A stretch of DNA of 64,000 nt, from assembly GCF_004010195.1 (NCBI RefSeq), contig NC_057751.1, forward strand, positions 18,615,543 to 18,679,542, written 5' to 3'. This stretch comes from Chiloscyllium plagiosum. Taxonomy: Eukaryota. The notes under the pieces are model-generated. The model searched no databases and had not been told where the DNA came from. It saw only the letters and a list, made by a program, of their open reading frames with translations. The stretch's first letter is position 1. Each line of letters opens with the position of its first letter. A program made the position numbers and the translations under genes. This document shows, one piece after another, positions 50,901 through 60,490 of this stretch.

Positions 50901-52539
50901 AGTACTCAGTATAGATTAGATTCCCTACAATATGGAAACAGGCCATTTGGCCCAACAAGTCCACACCGACCCTCTGAAGAGTAACCCACTTAGACATGCT
51001 CCCCTAACCTATATTTACCCCAACTAATGCACCTAACACTGGACAATTTTAGCATGGCCACTTCATCTGACCTGCATATCTTTGAATTGTGGGAGGAAAC
51101 CAGAGCACCCAGAGGAAACCCATGCAGACACGGGGAGAATGTGCAAACTCTATACAGACAGTCGCCCGAGGTCGGAATCGAACCTGGGTCCCTGGCACTG
51201 AGGCAGCAGTGCTAACCACTGAGCCACCATGCCACACAATATTGTATAACCATAGGTCAGAATATTTCTGCAGCGAGATTAGTTTGAGAGAGTGTCGTCC
51301 TCTGGATATTAAACCAGTGGCCTAAATAATGGCTCTCTATTTTGTACTTCTCACATCCATCTTAGTAAAACTGGGTTGTCTTCAGTTAACAGCAGTCTCT
51401 ATCATGTTTTACTGGTACCATGAGGGGCAGTCATTCCTGACGAATGGCAAATGCCTGAAACGTTGACATTCCTGCTCCTTGGATGGTGCCTAACCTGCTG
51501 TGCTTTTCCAGCGTGACAATTTTCAACTCTGACTCTGCAGCATCTGCAGTCTTACTTTCCCCTCGCAAAAATATGGGAAACATTTCCAAAAAGCGTTCAG
51601 TAGCAACACTCATTCATGCTACACTCCTATTAAGTCACTTCTGGGAAGAGGTACACACAATAAAATGTAAACTCGGAAAGTAAAGACTGGCAATTGGTAC
51701 TGTAGTTTTGAAAAAGATGCTGGCGAGCAGAGAAATCTCCAAATTGAAATGGTTAGGTAGCAGCAGTTAGCTATCTTAACTGTTTTGCAGAGAAATCATT
51801 GGACATACTGCATGTTAGACTATTCCATGTAGTACATCCTGGTTTCTTGCTCATTCATCCGGTTCCCTCTTAAAGTGATAGCTGAACAATTGTCATTTGT
51901 GGAAATTGCTATGGTGCAGCGGTGATTACATGTCAAAAGTACTTCAAAGATGGCAAAGTATTAAATTTGTCTCTGAATTGTGACAAGTGGGCAAGTCTTT
52001 TAGTACAGTTACTAATCAAAAACTATATTATAGTATCAGTCACAGTAATATTAATAAAACTTTATTCCAGACCCTGATTTCTGTTCCTTGTGTGTCTGAT
52101 CCCTAGGCTGGATGATAACCGTCTCTCAGATTCCTGTACTGAAGATCTTGCCTCAGCCCTTAGTTCCAACCGGACACTGACACGGCTGAATCTGGAATGC
52201 AACTCCTTCACTGATCAATCAGTCCCAGCACTCCGCCGAATCATAATGAAGTGCACTGGTCTAGCTTGCATCGAGTGAGTGGTTTATGTTCATGTTTGAA
52301 TTAATTGCTAAAATCGAAATCTACATCAGTTACTCCTTTTAGCTAATATTTGTCAGTAATTATGATTGAAACAGTAACCTCAGTCACCCTGCTGTTGACA
52401 CTGCTATTAAATCTATTGTATAATCTATTTCATCTCTTTCAGGCTGTGGGACAACAAGTTCAGTTCAGATGGAAAACATCAACTCAAGTCACTCCAGGGT
52501 ACAAGATCTGGACTCAATGTGGAGTTGTCAGCACGTTAA
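23914..52539 (+). CDS. NLR-family receptor (NACHT-LRR, NLRC3/NLRP-like), spliced gene model of 12 coding exons, ~1076 aa
   Basis: Exons 23914-23932, 24326-24492, 29254-29425, 29524-29589, 32968-34738, 37401-37487, 39920-40090, 40222-40392, 41773-41943, 44145-44315, 52107-52274, 52443-52539. They sum to 3231 nt (1077 codons including stop), all with AG/GT boundaries in matching phases and no internal stops. Orthology to a named mammalian NLR cannot be assigned from sequence alone. Confidence 0.9.
24326..24492 (+). CDS. NLR exon: N-terminal helical domain, part 1 ([35 protein letters not shown]...FTGQEHQ)
   Basis: Acceptor tttctttaatcacag| and donor cag|gtaagt; phase 1 in, phase 0 out. It has an in-frame ATG at 24343 in strong context (aatATGg). 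Confidence 0.85.
25060..26465 (-). mobile_element. Old CR1 3' part containing a second SINE family (~25623-26160, +) that itself contains a young CR1 tip (25663-25862)
   Basis: [18 protein letters not shown] in ORF 24943..25308; the host breaks at ctctactcaaa and resumes at tcttgcaatgaag. The inner element ends in catcccatgaatgaa plus poly-A. Confidence 0.75.
27058..27352 (-). mobile_element. HE1-like SINE
   Basis: (agatt)n tail and ggaaaccggagcacccggaggaaacccacgcagacac core. Confidence 0.88.
27353..27885 (-). mobile_element. CR1 ORF2 internal fragment
   Basis: [12 protein letters not shown]... and RPVSLTS-type motif on the minus strand. Confidence 0.8.
28405..28690 (+). mobile_element. Diverged HE1-like SINE
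   Basis: tggctcagt...cactgctgcctcacagtgccaggga...ggttcgattcc...gattctatgatt. Confidence 0.8.
29254..29425 (+). CDS. NLR exon: N-terminal helical domain, part 2 ([57 protein letters not shown])
   Basis: Acceptor gttttacag| and donor attg|gtatgg; phase 0 in, phase 1 out; open frame matches ORF 29269..29547. Confidence 0.88.
29524..29589 (+). CDS. NLR linker exon ([22 protein letters not shown])
   Basis: 66-nt symmetric phase 1-1 exon, aaaacag| ... aaag|gtaaga, after a 98-nt intron; not in the ORF track. Confidence 0.75.
29812..32643 (-). mobile_element. CR1 ORF2, essentially complete (APE plus RT) but frameshifted, in the NLR intron
   Basis: Consecutive minus ORFs: [72 protein letters not shown]. 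Confidence 0.95.
32705..32937 (-). mobile_element. CR1 3' tip ending ~30 bp upstream of the NACHT exon acceptor
   Basis: gagaacatagacactacaacgcagaacaggccc tail, followed by gcattccacacccttaccactctctgcgta. Confidence 0.8.
32968..34738 (+). CDS. NLR NACHT exon (NBD, HD1, winged helix, HD2, first LRR)
   Basis: Walker [10 protein letters not shown], Walker [11 protein letters not shown], sensor-1 VLVTTR and winged-helix [13 protein letters not shown]. Acceptor attaaag| and donor ttgag|gtaatg; includes the 573-aa ORF 33021..34742. Confidence 0.97.
35073..35295. mobile_element. Imperfect palindromic Penelope-derived element inside a LINE 3' fragment (~34820-35375)
   Basis: gtgctggaaaagcacag...gcccttca / tgatgaagggc...ctgtgcttttccggcac inverted arms; hammerhead core CTGATGA at 35196 and GAAA at 35216. 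Confidence 0.8.
37401..37487 (+). CDS. NLR LRR exon (87 nt; [28 protein letters not shown])
   Basis: ttgtttttag| ... gg|gtaagt, phase 2-2, RI-type LRR motif NxLGDSG. Confidence 0.92.
38843..39512 (-). mobile_element. Penelope-like element 3' part (GIY-YIG plus terminal repeat)
   Basis: ORF 39297..39515 [37 protein letters not shown], then [16 protein letters not shown]; terminal repeat at 38845-38930. Confidence 0.9.
39920..40090 (+). CDS. NLR LRR exon (171 nt)
   Basis: [60 protein letters not shown], phase 2-2. Confidence 0.95.
40222..40392 (+). CDS. NLR LRR exon (171 nt)
   Basis: [56 protein letters not shown]; ttccag| ... gt|gtaagt, phase 2-2. Confidence 0.93.
40517..40858 (+). mobile_element. 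HE1-like SINE
   Basis: ggctcagtggttagcactgctgcctcacagcgccagg...gtggagtttgcgcattctccccgtgtctgc...gattctatgatt. Confidence 0.88.
40865..41650 (-). mobile_element. CR1 3' fragment with nested Penelope-like repeat (~41415-41535)
   Basis: [23 protein letters not shown] and [15 protein letters not shown] on the minus strand. Confidence 0.85.
41773..41943 (+). CDS. NLR LRR exon (171 nt)
   Basis: [60 protein letters not shown], phase 2-2. Confidence 0.95.
42243..43330 (-). mobile_element. CR1 3' fragment with a nested CR1 tip (~42640-42740)
   Basis: [20 protein letters not shown] on the minus strand; gagtcatacagcatagaaacagacccttcgg tail. Confidence 0.82.
43705..43915. mobile_element. Imperfect palindromic Penelope-derived element
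   Basis: gagcatgagctcttcatcaggaat / attcctaatgaagagctcatgctt inverted core, flanked by ctctaaccagtc and ctctaacccagtc. Confidence 0.8.
44145..44315 (+). CDS. NLR LRR exon (171 nt)
   Basis: [60 protein letters not shown], phase 2-2. Confidence 0.95.
44420..44610 (+). mobile_element. Ancient SINE fragment (possibly DeuSINE/SacSINE-like)
   Basis: ctctgagtcagaaggctgtgggttcaa tRNA-like head; highly diverged. Confidence 0.4.
45148..45471 (-). mobile_element. Diverged HE1-like SINE
   Basis: gaatcatagaatccct tail, ggcaatttagcatggcc, ggaaactggagcacc and gaggcagcattgcaaaccact. Confidence 0.83.
47755..50760 (+). mobile_element. CR1 RT and 3' region hosting an antisense CR1 (48206-49140) and a solo LTR
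   Basis: The host resumes at gtgctgggtcca (49141) with SKFADSTK and ends [20 protein letters not shown]. The nested minus copy reads [13 protein letters not shown]. Confidence 0.85.
49514..50200 (+). mobile_element. Solo LTR (687 bp) of the Gmr1-like Gypsy family seen at 59-64 kb
   Basis: TGTTA...TAACA termini and 4-bp TSD agta/agtg. Start tgttatgaag..gtgcactgtacctt and the ccaatcagtt and ggggtataa blocks are shared with the LTRs at 61725 and 59449-60159. Confidence 0.85.
50912..51235 (-). mobile_element. HE1-like SINE
   Basis: agattagattccctac tail through gcagcagtgctaaccactgagccacc. Confidence 0.9.
51432..51563 (+). mobile_element. Penelope-like terminal repeat with hammerhead core
   Basis: CTGACGA at 51437, ggc-aaat-gcc stem, GAAA-CGTT at 51457-51464, then ctgctgtgcttttccagc...gcatctgcagtc. 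Confidence 0.75.
52107..52274 (+). CDS. NLR LRR exon (168 nt)
   Basis: [55 protein letters not shown]; ccctag| ... ga|gtgagt. Confidence 0.93.
52443..52539 (+). CDS. NLR terminal coding exon ([31 protein letters not shown])
   Basis: Acceptor ctctttcag|, phase 2, last LRR cap LxxNxF, TAA at 52537-52539. Confidence 0.88.
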
Positions 52540-52569
52540 TTATCACTTTGGCATGAACTTGTGTTTATA

Positions 52570-53208
52570 TAGAACATAGAACAGTACAGCACAGAACAGG
52601 CCCTTCGGCCCACGATGTTGTTCCGAACATTTGTCCTAGCTTAAGCACCCATCCATGTATCTATCCAATTGCCGCTTAAAGGTCACCAAAGATTCTGACT
52701 CTACCACTCTCACAGGCAGCGCATTCCATGCCCCCACCACTCTCTGGGTAAAGAACCCACCCCTGACATCTCCCCTATACCTTCCACCCTTCACCGTAAA
52801 TTTATGTCCCCTTGTAACACTCGGTTGTGCCCGGGGAAAAAGTTTCTGACTGTCTACTCTACCTATTCCTCTGATCATCTTATAAACCTCTATCAAGTCA
52901 CCCCTCATCCTTCGCCGTTCCAACGAGAAAAGGCCGAGAACTCTCAACCGATCCTCGTACGACTTCCTCTCCATTCCAGGCAACATCCTGGTAAATCTTC
53001 TCTGCACCCTCTCCAAAGCTTCCACATCTTTCCTAAAGTGAGGCGACCAGAACTGCACAGAGTACTCCAAATGTGGCCTCACCAAAGTCATGTACAGTTG
53101 CAACATCACTTCATGACTCTTGAATTCAATCCCTCTGCTAATGAACGCTAATACACCATAGGCCTTCTTACAAGCTCTATCCACCTGAGTGGCAACTTTC
53201 AAAGATCT
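52570..53208 (-). mobile_element. Young 5'-truncated CR1 inserted ~30 bp after the NLR stop codon
   Basis: Uninterrupted 188-aa ORF 52636..53202 (LVRPHLEYSVQFWSP...[14 protein letters not shown]). Confidence 0.93.
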
Positions 53209-53349
53209 GATTCTCTATTCCTCATGTATGACCACCCATGCTCCAGGTTGGAAACCTGTTGGCCATTCCCAACTGGAGCTGAATGGGGATCGTCGCTCTC
53301 TGACGGGATAAAGGCCCAGCCACAGAAATGCAGGGGGCTGGCTCAAAAT

Positions 53350-55800
53350 AGTCATGAGGATGTACAACATAGAAACAGACCCTGCAGTCTAACTTGTCCA
53401 TGCCAGCCAGATATCCTAACCTCATCTAATCCGATTTGCCAGCACTTGGCCCATATCCTTCTAAACCCTTCCCATTCATATAGCCATCCAGATGCCTTTC
53501 GAATGTTGCGGTTGTCCCAGCCTCCTCCACTTCCTCTGGCAGCTCATTCCATATATGCACCAAATTCTATGTGCAAAGGTTGCCCCTTAGGTCCTTTTTT
53601 TTCCTTCTCACCTTAAACCTATGCCCTCTAGTTCTGAACTCGCCCACCCTGGGGAAAAAAAACCTTGTCTATTTACCCTGTCCATGCCCATCATTATTTT
53701 ATAAACCTCGATAAGGTCACTGCTCAGGCTCTGACGCTCCAGGGAATATAGCCTCAGCCTATCCCTTTAGTTCAAATCCTCCAACCCTGGCAACATCCTT
53801 ATAATCTTTTCTGAACCCTTTCAAGTTTTGCAACGCCCTATAGGAAGCAGACTATAATTGCACACGGTATTCCAAAAGTGGCCAGACCAATGTCCTGTAC
53901 AACTGTAACATGACCTCCCAACTCCTATGGGCAGTGCTCTGACCAATAAAGGAAAGCATACCAAAAGCCACCTTCATTGTACTATCCACACGTGAATCCA
54001 CTTTCAAGGAACTATGAACCTGCACTCCAGGGTCTCTTTGTTCAGCAACTCTCCCCAGGTCCTTACCATTAAGTGTATACGTCCTGCCCTGTTTTGCCTT
54101 TCCAAAATGCAGCACCTCACATTTATCTAAATTTAAACTCCATCTGCCACTCCTCTGCCTATTGACCCATCTGATCAAAAACCTGTTGTACTTTGAGGTA
54201 ACTTTCGCTGACTACTACATCTCCAATTTTAGTGCCATCTGCGAACTTACTAACTATACCTCCTATGTTCACATCCACATCATTTGTACAAACGACAAAA
54301 TGTAGTGGACCCAGAACCATTCCTTGGAGCACACCACTGGTCACAGGCCTTCGGTCTGAAAAGCAACCCTCCTGTAGGGGGTGGTGTAATTTTTAAATCA
54401 TTAACTGCTGTAGTAAGCACATAGTAAGTACAAAGCCACCATTTTAGTCTTCTCTACCCTGTGGTAAACACGAGCAGACACTCCCCCAGATTTTCATGAA
54501 TGGAACAATGGAAACAGCTTTCCTCGTGGCTGAGGGACCGCCCACAACCACGGCTGTACGTCATCATCCATATAAGGGAGAAGCGGGGAACTCGAACACT
54601 GATTGGCTGGGTGAATAACCAAATAATCTCCTCCATCAGGAGGACAGTGGGGAACTTTAACACTGATTGGCTGAGACAGTAGAAGGCCCCGCCCACTCCT
54701 ACATGTATATAACGTGCGGGGATTACAATCTGTGTGTGTGCCTCGTGGGAAGCCATTGAGGTAACACCCGGTTCTGCAGAATTGAATAAATAGTTTTGGA
54801 CGAACTCCTCCGTGTCTTTGTTCTTGGGAAGGGAAGCAGAGTGCCCGATGCGGGGTCGCAGAGTCCCCTATCTTGCACACTCCCACCACCACCCTTTGTT
54901 TTCTACCTTCAAACCAGTTCTGTATCCAAATGGTTAGTTGTCCCTGTGTTCCATGTCATCTAAACTTGCTAACCAGTCTACCATGAGAAACCTTGTCAAA
55001 GTCCATATTGATCACATCTACCACTCTGCCTTCGTAATTCCTCTGTTACTGCTGCAAAAAACAGAATCCAGCTAGTAAGACATGACTTACCACGCACAAA
55101 GCCATGTTGACAATCCCTAATCACTCCTTGCCTTTCCAAATACATGTACATCCTGTCCCTCAGGAGGCCCTCCAATAACTTGCCCATCACTGAAATCAGG
55201 CTAACCTGTCTACAGTTCCCTGGCTTTTCCTTGCCACCTTTCTTAAATAGTGGCACCACGTTAGCCAACCTTCAGTCTTGAAGTACCTCAGCTGTGACTA
55301 TCGATGATACAAATATCTCAGCAAGGGGTCCGGCAATCACTTCCCTAAGCTTCCCACAGAGTTCAAGGATACACCTGATTAGGTCCTGGTGATCTATCCA
55401 CCTTTATGCTTTTTAAGACATCCTGCACCATCTCCTCTGTAATATGGACATTTTTCACCATCTAATTCCCCACATTGGGTGTATTCTATGTCCTTCTCCA
55501 CAGTAAACACTGATGCAAAATACTTGTTAAGTATCTTCCCCCATCTCCTGCGGATCCACACATGCTGCTTTGCTGTTCTTTGAGGGGCTCTATTCTCTTG
55601 TTAGTTGTCCTTTTGTCCTTAATATATTTATGAAATCCTTTTGGAATATCCTATTTACCAAAGCTACCTTGTGTCCCCTTTTGGCCCTCCTGATTTTCCT
55701 CAAGACTACTCCTGCTGTCAAAATTGGACTTCCTCCAATTTCAAACTTCAACTTTTAGATCCTGTCTATCCTTTTCCATCACTATTTTAAAACTAAGAAA
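53350..55800 (-). mobile_element. CR1 RT and 3' region interrupted by a solo LTR
   Basis: [61 protein letters not shown]. Confidence 0.9.
54373..54879 (+). mobile_element. Solo LTR (507 bp), retrovirus-like promoter layout
   Basis: TGT...ACA termini and TSD ctcc (54369-54372, 54880-54883). It has two ggggaactnnaacactgattggctg repeats (inverted CCAAT), a GC box at 54687, TATATAA at 54706 and AATAAA at 54785. Confidence 0.85.
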
Positions 55801-57302
55801 TTTATGATTGCTTAAATTGGAGTGGTGTTCAATTATATAATGCATTTTTCATGATTTGCATACATTAGATTTGCTGACTTGGTGTGTTTGTTTTAGGTTT
55901 CATTTTAAATTTTGTGCAACAGTTTTGTGTTCATTTGTGTGTTAATCCAGTGCAATCATTTTTTTTCATTTTTGGAGTAAACTTGCATTAATTTGTACAA
56001 AAATCTTGTGTTTGTGTCTTAAAAGTGTGTTGTGGCTGCTGCCAGTTTGAAACTGTAGTTGTGTGTCTGTGTGTATTCCAAGTCTGGGCCCAGTGGGGGT
56101 GAGGCAAGAACAAACTGAGACAGTCCTGGGCTAAGCCATTGACCTGTTGCTTTCTCCCAAACCCTCCTCTCATCTATCAACGATGATGGTTGGTGTGTTC
56201 CAAGTAGAGGGAGCCAGGAGCTGATTTGCATGAACTGGGATACAAAGACCAAAGAGATTGGGGGGGACATGGAATGCGCTGCCTGTGTGAGTGGCAGAGT
56301 CAGAATCATTGGTGACCTTTAAGCGGCAATTGGATAGGTACATGGATGGGTGCTTAAGCTAGGACAAATGTTCGGCACAACATCGTGGGCCGAAGGGCCT
56401 GTTCTGGGCTGTATTGTTTATGTTCTAGATGTACAGCACAGGAACAGGCCCTTCAGCCTTCCACGCCTATGATCATCATGCCCTAACTATAAACTAAAGA
56501 ACAAACCCTCTGCCCTTATTTGGTCTGTATCCCCCTATTCCCTCCCTATTCATGTAACCATCCAGATGCCACTTAAATGTTGCCAATGTCTTTGGTTCCA
56601 CCACCCGTTCTGGCAGTGTGTTCCAGGTGCCTACCACACTCTGCAAAACTTTCCCCCTCGCACCTTGAACCTGGGCCCCCTAGAATTGAAACTTCCGCCT
56701 GAGGAACGGCATCTGCCATTTCTGTGGCAGATCTGGGAGGAGATGGACTTTGAGTGACGAACCCCAGTTGTACTTAAACTTGGCTCAGGGCACAGCCCTT
56801 CAAGGAATGTCCAGCTCCTGCTGTGTTTTTCCTGACCATTTGAATGTACAGCAAGGTGCCAGTCACACAACTGCGGACGTCTCACTGCTTTGCTCGACCT
56901 GTCATGCCTATGTCCCGCGAAATGACGGGCTTCCTGTCCAGCGCCTCCCCATTTTCCCCCTTGAGTGGCTTCTCAGGTCTACCTTTCTGCAGAGACTGCC
57001 CCTCCGTGGTACCCTGCCCTGCTCCACTGTCTGCCATGTTTCTTTCTCGCTCTCATATTGCAGCCCTATGCTCCTCCCAAATGCTCTCTCCCCTCAGGTT
57101 CTCTCACCCACTCCCTGTTGACCCACTCTTCCATCCCCCCCCCCCCCTTTGTGCCTCACCCATTATGCAGCCCCTCACTCTTTGCTTTGCTGCAATTCCC
57201 CCAGAGGTTTGCAAGCCCCACTGACTTTCACCTCTTTTCTCCCTTCCTCAATGTCCCCTCCCACTGTGGATGTTCATTTTCCTCCCCCCAAAGTCCCTCT
57301 GT

Positions 57303-57601
57303 ATGTCCATTCTTGTACAAGCCTGTATATCTCCACCCTTGCTAAGTCCCAGCTGGAGAAATTTTAACTCTGTGCTTCCATGCACAACGAAACCCAGTCG
57401 CCAGTCTTGCTTTGCCACTTCTGGCCCACCCCACCCAGGCTTTGTCAACAACATGTCCATTCTTGTACAAGCCTGTATATCTCCACCCTCGCTAAGTCCC
57501 AGCTGGAGAAATTTTAACTCTGGCTTCCATGCACAACGAAACCCAGTCGCCAGTCTTGCTTTGCCACTTCTGGCCCACCCCACCCAGGCTTTGTCAACAA
57601 C
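57303..57601 (+). repeat. ~150-bp near-perfect tandem duplication
   Basis: atgtccattcttgtacaagcc...ggctttgtcaacaac at 57303-57452 and 57453-57601, differing by about 2 nt. Confidence 0.95.
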
Positions 57602-57689
57602 AGAAGTAAAACTCAGGAGCCAGAGGAGACAGAAATGGGACACAGTGTTTAGTGTGCAGCCCCATGCAGCACTCAGTCCAAGTCTATCT

Positions 57690-58570
57690 CTGGCGAGAGG
57701 GAAAGCGGAGCAGATGGGATGGGGAAAGAACCTGGGACACAGAAACAGAGACAGATAGAGGGTGAGGAGCCGATCAGGTTCTGGGAGACTGAAGATCCCA
57801 CAGAGAGAAACTGAAGAACAGGGATAGAAAGAGAGACAGCTGCCCGGTAAGAGGGAGAGAAAGAGAGACCGAATAAAGCAAAGCGAGAAGCCAGAGAAAG
57901 AAAGAAAGAAATGCCCAAGCAGAGACAACAAAGGGCAGGGAGAGCATAACAGAGAGAGAGAGACAGAGAAACACAGGTCATTTGAGCAATAGAACAAAGG
58001 ATGAATGAGCAGACAAGAGTGTAAAACCCAGGGAGAGGACAAGAAAAGAGCAGACAAGACAAACCAAGAGAGAGAACGTTTGCTTTCAAAAAGGGGCAGA
58101 AGAGAAAGAGAAACAGGAAGCCAGATAAATTGTAGGGGCAGACAGAGGAAGAGAGAAAAGGTGCAGGGAGAGAGGCAGATATGGAGAAATCCCAAGGAGA
58201 GAGAGAGACAGCCTGAGAAGGAGTGATAGCAAGCTAGGAAGTGAATGAGAGAAGGCTAGCCACAGAGACCGTTACAACAGTGAGCTAGTGATTGGGGGGA
58301 GCGAAGAGAGAGAGTTATATAGATAGAATGATCCTCAGGTAGGAACAGCAAAATCCCACAGGTCAAAGCAAGAGAGAAGTGTAGAGAGAAGTGGGTAGGG
58401 ATTGGAGATTGGAACAATTGAACAATGAAAATCTTTGGAAAAACAGGAGGGCAATCCACACGGCAAACTGAACAGGATGGAGATGCAGAGAACAGGGAGA
58501 GATGGGAAAGATGTGGGAGAGAGTGTGGGGAACACAGAAGTGGAGATGGCTGTAGTGAGATGGAGGCAAG
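57690..58570. repeat. GA-rich low-complexity tract
   Basis: Degenerate (GA)n and (GAAA)n throughout. Confidence 0.8.
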
Positions 58571-59056
58571 GAAATCTGTGGGATCACACTATGCTCTGTG
58601 CAGCGCCCTCACCCCTCTCCATCTTCTTAACCCTTTGGCTCTGCCCCACCCACCAAGCTCAGAGCTTGCCCCTTGTGGTAAATTCCCAGAGATGGCAGGA
58701 ATCCTGCAATTCTTGTCTGTGTGTAAGTCAATGGCAAGATAGGATGAGTTCTTACTATTCTCTCTCTCCTGTTCTGAGGATTGTCTGAGGATTTCTTACT
58801 GCACCATGAATTGATTATCTCTGTCTTTGCACCATCTGGGTTTCAGCTCCCGAATCATATTCCCGAGGTGTGGGGAAGACCATGAGAATAATGAAAAGTG
58901 ATTACAAATTTTAAAAAGTTAATAGCACCAAAAGCACTGCAGCATCCCACCACTCGCTGCCTTCCACTTTGCCAGCACATCCCCTGATATTAAACCCCAG
59001 AGAACAGGAACAGTAAGGTGTCAAACTGCCTCAACACACCATTTGCCCATTTTCAC

Positions 59057-59114
59057 CACTCACACACTCACACACTCACACACTCACACACTCACACACT
59101 CACACACTCACACA
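59057..59114. repeat. (CACACACT)n microsatellite
   Basis: Direct reading of the sequence. Confidence 0.9.
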
Positions 59115-59139
59115 CCATTACAATTTCAGATTTCCTTTT

Positions 59140-60159
59140 GTGACTGGTTGAACCTAATTCTAAAAGTGTGCCCTTCCTCTGTCTTTCTAAACTTTCTTGG
59201 CAAATTTGGGAAGCATCTTCAGAACCCAGAGCCTCTTTAGCAATCTTAAGAGACATTTCTCTCACTTTTGATTTAACCAACTACAAGGAATTGAAATTAT
59301 GTAACTTGTCTCACCGACGTTTTATTTAAAGATATGGGGTGCTAATCAATTGTTTAAATCTGCTGGGATCTTTCATACCCCAAATCTGTCCAAATCTCAG
59401 ATTGCATCTTTCTGAACCTGTCCAAAACTCGGACGCAAGCCCCCAAATTATTATGACACAGCGGTGAACCCTTCTGTTAATTAAACCAAACACCCAGAAA
59501 AGCTCACCTCACCTCGTAATCTATTAAAGGTATGCATGTCAGAGAACTCCCAGATTCCACTATTTAAAGAAAATATTATCAATTTATTCTTTAACTCCAA
59601 AAGTGAGCATTAAACAACAATTGTGCACAACTCTAAAGCCCCCTTCTCTTAACTGCTTATTGCCTTGCTCCAATGCTATATCAAAATGCTGTTCCAGTAG
59701 ACACTTATTAAAATTAGATCAACTTAATTTCTAAACATCACAGCAGCTGTCATCTTCGGTGTCTGCCTGAACATCTCCCTGGGTCGTTCTCTTTCTTTTT
59801 ACTGCAAATATGCTTCAGATGATAGTTTCCTAATTTATTGGATCTGTATTGATAGCACTTGCTCTGCCTGCATTTTTATATTCCCAACATTGGATTGTTT
59901 CATTGGTTTGTTGCAATAAATTCAAGCACAACAGGGGTTTAGTTTCCTGAGGCATAATTTAAGTTGATTGCTGTTTTGACAATTCAAATTTAGCCAATCC
60001 AGTCAGGTATGCATTTCACAGCCAAATGTTACGCATTTTTGATCTTCTGGCACACAGAGGCTGCCATCTGGTCAAATCACACAGGTGCTTAGAAGGTCTC
60101 ACTGCAGAACAGCATTCACTGTCTTTTAAAGGTACAGTACAGCCTTCAACTTTGTAACA
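59140..60159 (-). mobile_element. Gypsy (Gmr1-like) 5' LTR (59449-60159), primer-binding site and gag start
   Basis: Minus strand starts TGTTACAAAGTTGAAGG and its end matches the end of the 49514 LTR. PBS-like TGGGGGCTTGCGTCCGAG at 59428-59445 resembles tRNA-Pro PBS TGGGGGCTCGTCCGGGAT, followed by MSLKIAKEALGSEDASQICQESLERQRKGTLLELG. Confidence 0.75.
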
Positions 60160-60202
60160 TGTTGCTCTCACTATTGCTCTGTTCTTCCTTTTTTCTCTTT
60201 TT

Positions 60203-60245
<43 letters not shown>

Positions 60246-60490
60246 NNNNNNNNNNNNNNNNNNNNNNNNNNNNNNNNNNNNNNNNNNNNNNNNNNNNNNN
60301 NNNNNNNNNNNNNNNNNNNNNNNNNNNNNNNNNNNNNNNNNNNNNNNNNNNNNNNNNNNNNNNNNNNNNNNNNNNNNNNNNNNNNNNNNNNNNNNNNNNN
60401 NNNNNNNNNNNNNNNNNNNNNNNNNNNNNNNNNNNNNNNNNNNNNNNNNNNNNNNNNNNNNNNNNNNNNNNNNNNNNNNNNNNNNNNNNN
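60246..60490. other. Assembly gap (245 N) at a (CT)n microsatellite
   Basis: Run of N bases preceded by (CT)n at ~60207-60245. Confidence 1.

Noticed and set aside
57248..58195. 315-aa minus-strand ORF
   Set aside because: It is the reverse complement of a GA-rich low-complexity tract (stop-poor, giving L/S/F/C bias) plus the 150-bp duplication; no domain motifs.
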